Below are positions 37,079 to 50,694 of a DNA stretch of 64,000 nt, one piece after another. Location of the stretch: assembly GCF_006345805.1 (NCBI RefSeq), contig NC_043004.1, forward strand, positions 26,536,001 to 26,600,000, in the 5' to 3' direction. The notes below the pieces were generated by a model. The model saw only the letters and a list, made by a program, of their open reading frames with translations, was not told the DNA's origin and did not search any database. Source of the stretch: Octopus sinensis (Eukaryota). A program made the translations under genes and the position numbers. Each line of letters opens with the position of its first letter. The stretch's first letter is position 1.

Positions 37079-38095
37079 TTGGGTTGGCAACTAAATTCCC
37101 GCCGTTTTTAAAAATTTAATATTTTAAAAGGTTTAATAAAAAAATAACAACTAATTAATCAATAATGTATTCACCATTGTTGTTTACAACTTCTTCCCAA
37201 CGTTCAACAATATTTTCAATACCACATTGGTAGAAATCACCCGATTTCGACTCGAAAAATTGATCCAAGCAAGCTCTCAATTCTGCATCAGTATTGAACG
37301 AAACTCTGCGCATAGCATTTGAAAGAGATCGAAAGAGGTGAAAATCCGTTGGTGCCAAATCAGGAGAGTACGGCGGATGTAGCAGCACTTCCCAGCCATA
37401 CATTTGAATGGCTTCCTTGGTCATATTGGCGATATGAGAGCGGGCGTTGTCGTGCAGCAGAACTCCAAGCTGACAATTAGGTCTTTTCTCTTCAATAGTC
37501 ATGTTGAGTCGTTCCATCTGTTGAGCATAGACTTCCACATTGACCGTTTGGTTCCGTTCAAGCAATTCGTACTGGATAAGCCCTTTCCAGTCCCACCATA
37601 TGCACAACATCGTTTTACGCGGATGAAGAACTTGCTTCACGCGTGGTGTCGCTTGTTAACCGGGGGCTAAGCCATTCCTTATGCTGCTTCATATTGATGT
37701 ACAGACACCATTTTTCGGCGCCAGTAACGATTCGGTAAAGAAATCGTTGCTTGTGTCCATGAGCTGAGCGGTGACGAGCAAGCAAACCAGCGGAGATTGT
37801 GGCTTGTTGATTTTTGTTGTTGTTGTCACTTAAAGCATGCGGAACCCACGCTTCATACTTCTGAACCTTTCCCATCGAGTGAAGAGGCTTCTGTATAGCA
37901 GTGTGGGAGCATTCCATTTTCTCTACCAGTTCCCTTGTCATTTGACGAGAATTTTCATGCAAAAGTTGGTTTAATCGCTCTTCGTGGAACTCAAATGGAC
38001 GGCCAGAATGAGGTGCGTCTTTGAGGTCAAAATTCCCATTTTTGAAATTGGCATACCAATCACGAGCGGTTCTTTCAGCTATAGCACCTTCTCAC
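37079..38095 (-). mobile_element. Mariner transposon (DD34D), 5'-truncated and frameshifted
   Basis: TA-TTGGGTTGGCAAC TIR; WVPHAL, IVTGAEKW, HDNARSH and HPPYSPDLAPTDFHLF motifs. Confidence 0.93.
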
Positions 38096-39366
38096 TGATA
38101 ATAAAATTTCTAAAATGAATAAAGATTTTCAAAGAATTGCTTTGATTCCTTAGTAAAACATCTGTCATCTCTACAGGGGATGTGGGTTCAAGTCCCATGG
38201 TCAGCTTTTGCTATCCAAAAGGGTTTTCAACTCAATATTTACAAGCTATTCTTTATTAGCTGTATTTGATGTGCTTTGGGAACCACAATTCCAATGTGTG
38301 TGTGTGTGTTTGTGTGATTCTGTTGAAGAAAGTTTATTCTTCTTTAACCCAGTCTACCTGGTGGTTGAATGACAATAAAAAGTGAAATGAAGCAACAATG
38401 ATGAAAGAGAAAAATCTGTGTCTGGTGGAAAACTAGTATAAAATTCTGTCATCTCAATAGAATATATGTAGAAACTTGCTGCCATCTTCAGCACTGCATT
38501 GTCATGGGACAACACTGCTTATTATTTATGGCAAATCACTTATTGTACTTTTGAAGAAAGACAACCAGTTTAACCACCACTCATACCACTACCATACTGT
38601 GGTATGATTTCTCCATTACAACCACTGGCTCTACCTACCAATTGCTAATACCTTTGCTGCTACTAACCTAGTCAACATAATTACAACAACCTCTACCAGT
38701 ACTACCATGAAACACACGGTCACATACATACTGAAAGGGATACTCACACAAGCACCCCCTCACACACACACACACACACACACTTAGTTAATCTCTAGTC
38801 TGGCACAAAGACCTATCACCAAAAGTTATAGGCCAACTAAAAGATAGAACAAAGAGAAAACTTATAACATCTCTTACTTAAAACTGATCAGTGTTAGAGA
38901 TTAGCTACAGTCAGTGTTATCAGCAGAAAAGAATGAAAGCTTAACTCAACATTGATAAGATTCTAAACCATAGAATCTTAGTAGTGTTGATTTAATCTCT
39001 TATTTCAGCTGAATGCTAAACTATCAGTAATGCTGCCATACAATCACTGAAATCCAGGCATTTTCCTTCCTCTCATTTCATATCTACATTGATAATTTAA
39101 CGTTCAAACTTTCTGAAATCATTTTTACAGAACAAAACTGAATGACTTTTAGCTTGGCTTAATCTCTCAAACTATAATTTAAGAGGCACAACTACCACTG
39201 CCACTAATAATAAGTGCCAAACAATTACACAGCCAATACCAGTACAACTGGCACCAATACTACCATATAACAAATATTACTACCAACACTATCATTGTCA
39301 TGACAACTACTAGACTCACCATTAAACCACTATCTTCACACACACACACATGCACATACATATGTA

Positions 39367-40525
39367 TCAGGTCATCCCATAAGTTCTGTCTGAATTTTGA
39401 ATAAAGAAAACAAGTGATCAAATTTTGTTTTTAATTGAAATTTAATCATCAATGTACTTTCCCTGATTATCTATGAAGTCCTTTCATCTATTTACAGGCT
39501 TTTTAATCCCATCAATGTAAAACGCTTTTGGTTTCAAAGTGAGGAACCCTGAAATTTCACGTTTGACCTCCTCCTGGCTTGCGAAAGTTATGTCCCCCAA
39601 ATGATTTTGTAAACTATGAAACAAATGATAGTCTGAAGGAACAAGGTCGGGAGAATAAGGTGGATGAAGAATTTTTTCCCAACCAAGCTCTTTGATCTTC
39701 TGTGATGTGATCTTTACAGTGTGGGGTTGCACTTTGTCCTGATGAAACATCACTTCTTTTCGATTCACTAAAGTGGGTTTCTTTTTCTTCAAAGCTTCAT
39801 TCAAATGCTCTAATTGCTGACAGTAGACATGAAGTTCCCTTCTCCGTTGTGGTTGAGCTTTTCCCTTTTACCAAGCCACAGTTTACAACGGTTAACATTT
39901 CGATAGAAGATCCATTTTTCGCCACCAGTCACAAGTCTATCCAAAAAAGGGTGAAATGAGTTCGCGAGAATGGGGAGAAGAGCAGATGTCAACTCGGTAT
40001 TTGTAGTTGCTTTTGGACAATTCATGAAGCACACATTTTCCAATGAACAGTTGTATGGTTTAAACTAAGCTTTATTGCCAATTCTTCAACTGATAATGCA
40101 GGAATTTCTTCAAGTAATGCTTCAAGGAGCTTATCATCAAGATCAACTGGACGTCCTGTTCGAGCTTCATCTTCAAGGCTGAAATCTCCACTTCTGAATT
40201 TTGCAAACCATCTTCTGCAAGTTCCTTCATTCAAGCATTCTTTCCCATAAACTGAGTGTATGTTTTGAGTCACTTCAGCTGCAGAGTTTCCTTTTTTATA
40301 CTCATAAAGCATTATGTGCCTCAAATGCTCTTTGGATACTTCCATGTTAGAAAGGGTTTTGATCAAAGAAATTCTAATGCTATTATTCTGTAATAATATC
40401 TAATTAGTTTAAATGTATACAAATGCATAAAAATAATTTTTAATTCCATTAGACATTCTAAAATACTTTAAAATTTCATTCAATTTTAAAAAAGGTAAAA
40501 TTGGACAACTTATGGGATGACCTGA
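39367..40525 (-). mobile_element. Mariner transposon with both TIRs, internally deleted
   Basis: TIRs TCAGGTCATCCCATAAGTT / AACTTATGGGATGACCTGA with TA TSDs; RRWFAKFRSGDFSLED, LVTGGEKW and HPPYSPDLVPSDYHLF. Confidence 0.95.
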
Positions 40526-41221
40526 TATATATACACTACACATACGTATATACATACATACGTACGTATGTATGTATGTATGTATGTATGTATGTATGTA
40601 TATATGCCTGTATGTATGTACTTGTTGCTAGATTTTGGCTTACAAATGTGCTGAATATTGTTTAACAAATGCCGTTTCATACAAATGGTATTTGTTCAAC
40701 CATAAACACAACCAGATCAGTTTCCTTCAATATGAGAAAAGCATAGCTGTATAGTTAAGAAATTAATTTGCAGTTATATGGTTTGTTTCCACTTCAGTTA
40801 AAGGGTTGGCCAAATGCTTTCTGCTATAGGTTTGAGTTGACCAAAGTGCTGTATGCTATAGGTTTGAGTTAACTAAAAACTTGTACAAGAAAATTGGCAA
40901 ATAGAAATATCCTTACACCTGTCTCAGATTGCCTGTAATTGGTCACTAGCACTGTTCTACTTCCTTCTAACTACCTAATTAGATGTATATATCGATTTAA
41001 AATTATGTTAACTTTTGAGAAACAGTCAGTTGACTGAGAAAAACTATGTACAAGTTACTCAGTAGTGGCTTGGTATCAGTTGTAGAGATTGCTGCAGGTA
41101 GACATAGAAAAAATTTCATTCATTTCACAAATATTTAATACTTAAATAATTCTCTTCTCCAAGGCAATAAATCTACATTTGTGTATATTTATTGTGATAT
41201 TTGCTGTCATTTCATCAATTC

Positions 41222-41645
41222 CTAGCAACATTGAAATTCTTCTGATGAAACCCTGTAGTTATGAATCATTTCTGTAGTTGTCTCCTCTACCTGAAAGAAA
41301 ACAGAGTGAAACAATAACCTTTGACATTGTATAATATTTAGTTGACCCAGTTGAGGTTTATAATGTTGCATACATTAAATATGTGAATACCAACTTAATT
41401 CCTATCTAAGAGGTATATGAGAAGCATTATTCTGTGAGAAGCTATACTAAATCCTATGACAAAGTTTTCAAGAGGAACTATCATAGCAGTTAGTTTCTGC
41501 TTACCTCTAGATCAAATTGTGTAACTGCATGGAGTGTGTCCATGACTAACAATGTGATGAAAGGGCTGCTGCTGACTGGGGCAATCAACTGTTTAATGTG
41601 TGGTTTAATGATGTGGTTCAGAATGTGTGAACATATGAATGGCAT
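41222..41645 (-). CDS. Candidate two-exon small ORF (69 aa) or spliced lncRNA; intron 41291-41504
   Basis: Donor GAG|GTAAGC at 41504 and acceptor ctctgttttctttcag|G at 41291. In-frame join gives MPFICSHILNHIIKPHIKQLIAPVSSSPFITLLVMDTLHAVTQFDLE|VEETTTEMIHNYRVSSEEFQCC*. AATAAA at 41193-41188. Confidence 0.3.
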
Positions 41646-41905
41646 GTTAGTTTAAGTCCATGCCAAGATTAGCATGGCTTTTCATTTGCATTCTTCGGAG
41701 ATCAATGGAAATTTATACAAATTATCCTTTTCGGGGTAAGATGAGGAGAAAATGACAAATCAGGTGTGGATGAGATGTGGTTTGGGAACAAAAATAAGTT
41801 ATTTGAAGCTAAATGTGTTACTTGTACACTGAAGTAGCTATTTGATGCTTAATGCATGGGCTGTGATAATCATCTATCTATCTATCTCTATATATATATA
41901 TATAT

Positions 41906-42100
41906 ATATATAAAATATGAATTAGAGATAAAACCACTATTAGGCAACTTTTTGAGAAAAAAAAAAATTTATATATATTTTTATATATATATATTATATT
42001 AATTATATTTATATTTATTTGTTATTTATGTATTGGTTTATGTCTATCAATGTTTGAGTTGCCTAATAGTGGTTTTATCTCTAATTCATATTTTATATAT
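41906..42100. repeat. Perfect 44-bp inverted repeat around an AT-rich spacer
   Basis: 41906-41949 is the exact reverse complement of 42057-42100. Confidence 0.85.
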
Positions 42101-42299
42101 TTATACTGTGAAATTTGATTTAATCCTAAATCTAATTTTTCTCTGTAAGTTTGGAGCCATACTCCCTAATATTATTATTATTATATATATATATTGATAA
42201 AAATGGTGAGGATATGTACGTTTTCAAGTGAGGGTGGATGAATGCATACTTTTAGGTGCACGCACATGGGTGTGCGGGCACGCATGTGTAGGTATGAAC

Positions 42300-43850
42300 A
42301 TAAACTATAAACCATACTAGTAACATCTCCATCAATGATTTGACTGTTTCCCTCTGCATCTGATGAGCAATGTTACAGGTATCTAGGGATGGATGAAAAT
42401 ATATCTTCCAATAGCACCTGTAACAAAACACGTGTCACTAAAGAATATTATAGCCAAATAAAGAAGAGTTGGACCTCAGAACTCTCTGCATTCAATCAAA
42501 CAGTGTTCCACAATGTGTCTGCAGTGCCAGTACTCATACCAACATTTGGGCTGTTTGATTGGACGCTTGATGAGATCCAAGCCATTGATGTGAAAACCCC
42601 AAAAATACTAACAAGCACGCATAATTTCCACAGAAACAATGACATAAACCACCTGTACCTAAAACGTAAACAAAGCGGCAGAGGCTTAAAATTAATCCAA
42701 AATGCTTTCAGCAACGTCTTTTAACCTCCAAGTGTCGAACTGCATCCCTTGGCCAAGTTTGTATACATGAGGCTGATAACATCACAAGACTTGGAAGGCA
42801 GCTCCTTGAGCAACATTCCTTATGTGATAGCCTGCAATGTACCATCAGATGAACGGATGAGCCTATATGAGCAGAAGACTATGCATGGATATGTTAGTAG
42901 AAACCTTTGAGATGATAGTCACATTGATCCTCAAAGCAGTCTATCATGGACCAATTGCCAGATTACTACATCCCACTTTGAAGAGTATGCGTTTGCAATC
43001 CAGGAACAGGAAATATCAACCAAATACCTGATGCACAAAAGGGAGAGAGATGCAGGAAAAGCAGCAAAATGTGACAACTGATGCAGACTTTGTGGAGTTA
43101 ACATCAAAGATATCATCCACATCATAAAGAGTTGTCATCATATATGTCATCACAATATTATCTACCAATGAGACATAATGTATCAAGGACACTGTATGAG
43201 ATCTGTCAAAAGGATACCCCCAAGGACAAAGAAATATAAACCCACAGTATGATAGAAGCCATAGCCACTCATAATAAAAAGCAGTACTGGTGGAATGTCC
43301 AAGTGAAAACCTCAATAAAATGTAAGCATGATAAACCTGATATAATAATTTGGAATGGAGAAGAGAAACTGTGTACATTTATGGAAATCAGCTGGCAAGC
43401 AAATGTTAGTATAAAGCTAAAGATCAGTGGAAAAGAGAATACCTATGCTGAACTATTGAGAAATTTGCAGTTACTCTATCCAGATTACAAGTTCAGGTTT
43501 ATACCTGTAATTATTGGAGTACACTACTTAAATAACAATCTTGAGAAATTAGGCCTCTCAAAACCTGAAAGGAGAAAGCTAATTCAAAAACTTCAGATCC
43601 AATCCATCACTGGAATTGTAAAAATCTGTAAAACTTTCCAGAAGTTTATCATTTAAATATATATGAACATGTCTAGACTATATGCATGAGAATGCATACA
43701 TAAAACAAAGCATACAAATCTGCACATACATACAAACAAAAATACCATGTTGTTGATGTTGAAATTCCAATGAGGGAACCTTGGATCTAGGTTAGAAACC
43801 AAATTTTTTCTCTATTGGCAAGAAATCTTGAAATAAAGCTGAATAATGAC
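42300..43850 (+). mobile_element. R4/Dong-like LINE, third subfamily, decayed
   Basis: YRYLG, AVPVLIPTFG, HLYLKRKQSGRGL, AIQEQEI, CRLC, WWNV..K..HDKPDIIIW and FIPVIIG. Confidence 0.88.
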
Positions 43851-44667
43851 ATACATAAATACAAACACACATACATACATGCAGCAAATATGTCACTGCT
43901 CATTACAATATATTATTGTCTCATATCTTACTCTCACCCAACACTCAATCATCAACTCTTTAATGCTTTCTATGTTTGTTTTTTCACTCTTCACTTGTCA
44001 TATCACATCTCTTTCCCATTGCAATCATGTTTCTTATACACAACACCATTGATGTCTTAATGATCAGCTGCCTACCTCCCACTTTTTCATTCTATCTCTC
44101 TGTATTTCATTTACTCTTTCCATTTCTCTTTTCTCAACAAATTAACTGTGTACAACTAATGGAAGGGAAAATTCTTGAGTTCTGTATCTCCCACTGCACA
44201 GTCTTCACTACTATTATTAACATCTCAATATCATGTTGCATCATTCCATTTCTTACTCATATTTTACAATGTTTGCCCCTCTAGTATGAAGGTGGAAGGT
44301 CATTTATTGTAGCTGATGCTGATGTGGTAGGTCAGACTTATAGTAAAAAACCCATTCTAGCCTTCACAATTCTATTTTTTGTTCTAGCATAGTCTATCTA
44401 AGATCTCATTGCTCAAAATGTCCTCCCCTTTTTTTAATAATTCTAAGATGTGATATGATGGATATTTGGTTTTAATTTCTAACAGACCAAGCAATCAAGT
44501 AGACATGGAATCTTACTCATTGCCTAATTTTTAGTGTTTCAGTTGTTATTTTAATCTGCACATCAGCATCATTTATATAACTCAATTTATTATTGGACTC
44601 AGTCAGCTTTACTTAGATACAGTGTGTTTAAGATTATATTAACCGAATGTGTCTACTTTTTAAAAAT

Positions 44668-45258
44668 ACCATTGGAAGTAGTTTGGGGAAGGCCTGACAG
44701 ATGGAGAAGCCATGTGTAAGCCTAAATTTGCTGGCTAAAGAAGGAACAGCTATTTAAATTTGCATGATCCCTGTCATAGATATAATATTTCTTCTACATG
44801 ATAATGTAAACTAATGTGTTTGACTGGTCTAGTAATAGAATTGGTAGAATAATTATTAGGTTGTCCCAAAAGTTCGTAAACACTTGCGAAAATTGAATTT
44901 TTACTCGCCAAGCACTAACAAAAACAACAAAAATTATTCCTCAAAATAAAGACCATTATTTTCCAAGACTTTCTACGAACTTTTGGGACAACCTTATATA
45001 TGATTGGTAGGAAAACTGATGGTGCACCATCATTTTTCCTACGAATCATACAATTCTTTTTCTGTTTTGCTTGTTATTCTACCAATTCTATTACTAGACC
45101 AGTCAAACACATTAGTTTACGTTATCATGTAGAAGATATATTATATCTATGACAGAGTTCATGCGAAATTAAATAGCTGTTCCCTCTTTTGGCAGCAAAT
45201 TTAGGCTTACACATGGCTTCTCCATCTGCCAGGCCTTCCCCAAACTACTTCCAATGGT
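44668..45258. repeat. Foldback: 185-bp inverted arms enclosing a MITE and a 52-bp palindrome
   Basis: 44668-44852 and 45074-45258 are reverse-complementary with few mismatches; palindrome at 44999-45050 pairs at 24/26. Confidence 0.92.
44856..44996. mobile_element. Mariner-derived MITE
   Basis: TIRs TTAGGTTGTCCCAAAAGTTCGTA / TACGAACTTTTGGGACAACCTTA with TA flanks. Confidence 0.88.
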
Positions 45259-47269
45259 GGATTAAAAGCCAAAATGCTTTGGGATGTACTTACATCACTT
45301 TATATTCTAAGATCAAATTCTGCTGAGGCTATCTTTATCTTTCGTTCTTCTAAGGTCATGAAAGTGTCAAACATCTACTGAGATTAATTTAATCAGTTAC
45401 TTCATCCATCCAAAATGTGTGGCTCAGTACCAATTTTGAAAAAAAAAATAATAATTAATATTTATGGAAAAATGAAAAGGAGAATTGTGTGCGCACACAC
45501 ACATCACTTTTCTTGATGCTTATTTGGATAGAAGAGATTTTATTGTACACATTGTTATAATTTTAACAGCTGGGTAATTTCATATACTGCTCTGAATTTA
45601 ATTATAAAGTTGAATATACAGCTGTCTAACGCTGTTCATAAATCTGCACCACTTAGTGTCTGTAGTAAGAACTGAATTTGTGTTTATGTAGTTGTTAGTT
45701 TGGTATCCTAACCTCCAGTCATTATATACTTCAGAATTGATTCCTTAGTAATACCAGGATGTTGTTGTAATAAAAATTGTTTTTTGATTCTTATTTTGCT
45801 GTTGTCCAACTTTTGAGAATTATTGCATGTGGTAATTAGGCTTGTTCACCTAATGAGTTTTGGGAATCATTCCTAAGCTGTTCAAGCATGGATGGTGTTT
45901 ATTTAACCAGAACTGACTGCTGCTGCAGTTGCTAGCGCTGCTATATAAATGGCAAATAAATCATAGCACTGTTCAACCATGCAAGATCTTTCTAAACAAT
46001 GCTAACAAAGAAAGAAATAAAATAAGGAATATATCACAATAATACTTTTGATGAAATGGAATTTAAATTTATAAAAAAAGGCAAACAAATTTTCTAAATA
46101 AACAATAATTTTGTTGTTGAGTAAACTATGGTAAAGAAGTAGTTTAACAAATATCTTTGAGAAACCAACAGATTTGACATCTCATATATAGAAACACATG
46201 ATGTTTGATGCAATAGTTTGGGTCATAAACATTTTTGCCCTGTTTACCATCTGATGGTAACCACTTCATTTTGAACTATGTTTACTGATAAGTTACAGAA
46301 ATCAATGTCAATAAATGTAATGTAAACATAAAAAAAACTTTAATTGACTAACACTCTCCCTATAATAATGAGGAGGAAACATTTGTGTAATGATTATATT
46401 CGTTTTAGGTATGTATAAGAGACAACAGTAACATCTCAAATGTTCTTAATGCCTCCCTTTTACTTCAGGGAGTGTCTTAATTGAAGTTTCCTTGCTCATT
46501 ACTTTACATGTGTTAAAGATAGTTTAACTATTAATTCTGATAAAGATAGCTTTTCTAGGTATATATATATATTTGAGCATTAAGAAGTTAAGGTGTGATT
46601 AGTGATGTGATTAGTGATCAATCATGATCATAAGGGTCTCATCATATGATAATCATTGTAATAACATGATTGACAAAACAATAGCTTTCATACCTCATTT
46701 CTATTTTGTGTGCTAGTGGAGTAAACTGATGATTACTATAACAACAATCATAATAAACACAATTACTCAACTGGAGTTAGCTTTGAAGTACAAATGCAAA
46801 ATGGTAGCACTCACACACATCATCATCATCATCATCATTCCACTACTTTCAGCTCTATTCTCCTTCATGAGCCACTCTTACATCTATCACTTTACTCCTC
46901 TCCATACTGTTATTTCCCTTCAACTGCACCACCATCCCTGTTCATCACTACCCTCATCTTTAACCGTCTATTATTTTCCCTCACCCTTTATGAAAGTGTC
47001 CACTCTTCCCTCCTCACTGTTGCTCACCCTCCTGTATGTTGAGTCTTTGCTTTAGCAATTCCTCACCACCTCCCTCTCTTTAATCTCTTTCAGCCATGTA
47101 TTTCTTCTACAAGACACCTGTGCTTGTTTCTCCATCATGCTTTAGTTTTGCAACATCTGGCATAAAGCCATTCACATAAAGCCTCTTAGTAGTAGGAGCT
47201 TTTCTTTGTTTCACCTGTTCTTTTTCTGTGCTGCAAGTTCACATAGCAACCTCACTGGTGTCAGTGACA

Positions 47270-47440
47270 TGAGAAAGGAACCCAATGCACTCTGTAAAGT
47301 GGTTGGCACTAGGAAGGGTATCCAACTCTAGTATCCATGCCAAAATGACACTGGAGCTCAGTGTAGCTTTGCAGCTCACTGATCCTGTCAAACTGTCCAG
47401 CATGCAAAATGGACGTTAAATGCTGCTGCTGATGATTATG
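47270..47440 (+). mobile_element. Short RTE 3'-tail copy
   Basis: GTGGTTGGCACTAGGAAGGGTATCCA...GGACGTTAAATG(CTG/ATG)n, reverse of the tail at 49563-49720. Confidence 0.65.
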
Positions 47441-47591
47441 ATGCTTATATAAAAATTGTTGAACATAAGTGAAACAGGATTAAAGTAAAATATCCATCTG
47501 TCTAATATACAAAATATGCATTGTATAAGGCACATTGCTGCAGCTTTTGTCTGAGAGAAAATCTTTACATCGATGTGTTGAAAACATTATA

Positions 47592-49097
47592 CAGCCTTGG
47601 CCAAAATTATGGAGCAGGTATGAAAAATGGAGAGTATGATTGAAACTCATTTACTTAATAATTGAAAATAGTGTAATAAACATTCTAGAGTCTATCATAT
47701 CAATAATTAATATTTAATGTGTTCTCCTTTTGCTTTTGTAACTGCTTTTATGCATTTTTGTACACTTGAGACTAGGTTGGCACAAGTGGCTGGGTCAATT
47801 TTCTACCACTCACTGTGTGACACTAATGTTATTACCTATTTTTCAGTGAATATCTTATTGATAACTTATCAGTGGTCCATATTTGTTGAAAATGCTTTTA
47901 AAGAAATAGATTCCTGAAGCTAAGAAGGGCTCAAATAATTGCAAGTTGAAATTGCAAGAAAATTGAAATGCTCGAGAAAAGATGTCTATCAAAAGGTACA
48001 ATGAAACAAATTCTTTAAAAAACTGTAAAGGACGAGGCTGCAAAAAGTGTACAACCATGAAGCAAGACAGGTTGCTGAAGAGGACATCTCTGGCCAATAT
48101 GAATGTGAACTCTTCTGACGTAGCTGCTGAGTTTCAGGTGGCAACAAACAAGGAGATATCAACTCACACGGTGAAAAGAAGGTTTTTGGAATCTGGGCTC
48201 AAAGGATGTAAGGCCAGAAAGAAGCCATTGCTGTCTGAGGGGAACATGAAAAAAAGCAATTGTTTGGGGTAAAAGAGCATGAAGATTGGACTGACGATCA
48301 TTGGGCGAAAGTTGTTTGGTCTAATGAAAGTAACTTTGATGAAGGTTCTCCACATTTATTTTCACCACTTTACTAGACATAATTGAAATTTTTACAATGT
48401 TTTAATTGATACCAAAAATGATCAGTAAATTTTTTTTCTCTTCAGATCTTTGTAACTCCTAAAGCTGTTTATGTTCGTTGTAGAGTTGAGAATGCTTATC
48501 ATCCTGGATGTGTGGTCCCAAAAGTCACATTTGGAAGAGGAAGCATACTGGCTTGGGGGTTACATGTCATCTTCAAACCCAGGAATGTTGTTCACTTTTG
48601 AGGACAGAATAGATTCCAACATTTACACCAGCATGTTAGTTCAAGTTTATCAACATTACTTAGCTAAAATTTTCAATGATAACATCTTAAATGGCATAAT
48701 CTTTCAACAAGATAATGCCCCATGTCACGCATCCAGAGTCTCAATGGGTTGGTTTGAGGAGAAAGGGATGAGGGTGATGAGATGGTCCCCCAAGTCTTCA
48801 GACCTCAATCCCACTGAACATTCGTGGTGACATTTAGGTACAAGAGGGTGGACAAATGTTCTTCAAACAGCAAATTAGAAGCCAAAATTCATAAAGAATG
48901 GCAGAACACTGATCCAGCCACTTTCACCAACTTAGTCTCAAGTATGCAAAAATGCATAAAAGCAAAAGGAGGACGCATAAAATGTTAATTATTGATGGGA
49001 TAGACTCTAGAATGTTTATCATACTGTTTTCAAGTAAATGAGTTTCAATCATATTCTCTATTTTTTCATACCTGTACCATAATCTTGGCCAAGGCTG
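47592..49097 (+). mobile_element. Tc1-family transposon with ~120-bp TIRs and an intron-interrupted, frameshifted transposase
   Basis: TA-CAGCCTTGGCCAA...TTGGCCAAGGCTG-TA; GRGC, KARKKPLL, VVWSNESNF, FQQDNAPCH and SPKSSDLNPTEHSW; putative intron ~48345-48445 ending tttctcttcag. Confidence 0.93.
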
Positions 49098-49111
49098 TAT
49101 ATGTTTTTAAT

Positions 49112-49310
49112 ATAGGCACAAGACCAGCAGTTTTGAGTGAGGATAGTCAATTATATTGATTCCTGTACTTGACTGGTACTTATTTTAATGACCCCCGAGG
49201 ATAAAAGGTAAAGTCGACCTCAGCAGCATTTGAAATCAGAATGTAAAGCTGGAAGAAATGCCACTAAGCATTTTATTTGGTAGACTAACAATTCTGTCAG
49301 CTCACTGCCT
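49112..49310 (-). mobile_element. SINE copy
   Basis: Similar to 2117-2321 and 53330-53512. Confidence 0.75.
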
Positions 49311-49562
49311 GAAGTGAAACCAACATCACCTCAACAGTGACAACCTATTCTGCAGCATAGCAATCATTCCACAATACCAGTTGATGTAATGTTCACTGAT
49401 TTCTACATATCAAGGGAGAAATTTCATTGAAGTCAGTGCCAAATAGTTACACATTCTTGATAAGTTTCAAGAAAGGTGTTACTCAACTAATGTTCACGTG
49501 AGTTGCTGCTTTGTTGATGTTATTTTTATATCAATATATATTGTATTTATAACTTAACATGT

Positions 49563-50220
49563 ATCATCATCATCATCATTTAACGTCCGTTTTCTATGCC
49601 AACATGGGTTGGACGATTTGACTGAGGTCTGGCGAACCAGATGGCTGCACCAGGCTCCAATCTGATCTGGCAGTTTCTACAGCTGGATGCCCTTCCTAAT
49701 GCCAACCACTCCGAGAGTGTAGTAGGTGTTTTTACGTGCCACTGGTACGAGGGCCAGTCAGGCGGTACTGGCAATGGTCATGCCTAAATGGTGCTTTTTA
49801 TGTGCCACCTGCACAGGAGCTAGTCCAGCAGCACTGGCAATGACCTCACTCAAATGTTTTTTCACGTGCCTTCAGCACAAGTGCCAGTAAGGTGACGCAG
49901 GTAACGATCACGCTCGAATGGTGCTTTTTACATGACAACGGCATGGAAGCCAGTTTGTTGCTGTGGCAACGATCACACTTGGATGGTACTCTTAGCGCTC
50001 CACTAGCACGAATGCCAGTCATCGAATTTGATTTCGATTTCATTTGCCTCAACAGGTCTTTGCAAGCAGAGTTTATTGTCCAGTGAAGGGAAGGTACGCA
50101 TTATATAAGTTGGCTGATTACACCCCTGGCAAAGGCCACAGAGGTTATGGTCTCACATGGCTTGCCGAGTCTTCTCAAGCACAGCATATTTCCAAAGGTC
50201 CCAGTCACAAGTCATTGCTT
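49563..50220 (-). mobile_element. RTE LINE 3' UTR copy with (CAT)n tail
   Basis: TTTAACGTCCGTTTTC..CTGGATGCCCTTCCTAATGCCAACCACTCCGAGAGTGT shared with 28140-28290. Confidence 0.75.
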
Positions 50221-50639
50221 CAGACTCTATCAAAGGCAGAAGTATTCAGGTTTTGGTAAATAATAAGACAAAAAAATTATAATAAATTATAATAAACATC
50301 ATGACAAAAATCACAGAGTGATCTGAGATGTAAAACATCGAAAAATAACACAAAAAAAAAACGTACGATGAGAGCAAATAATTTTCTCAGAGATCTACTG
50401 AGTGGAACAATTAAAATGCGGCGAATTTTACAGTTGATTTCTCCATTAATAGAATTCTTGCAATGTAAAATGGTATTTTTAAAATATATATTTCCTATAG
50501 CTTAACATGAGAAATTACACAAGTGTACGCACACACATGTGTGTGCATATGTATACATACATACATACATACATACATACATACATACATACACACACAT
50601 ACATACAGACATACATATATGTATATAAATATATATATG

Positions 50640-50694
<55 letters not shown>

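Noticed and set aside
37155-40366. Mariner ORFs as a domesticated SETMAR-like host gene
   Set aside because: Both copies are frameshifted, retain TIRs with TA flanks, and have no SET domain
41665-41678. 14-nt match to U6 (AAGATTAGCATGGC)
   Set aside because: Too short, and the flanks do not continue the U6 sequence
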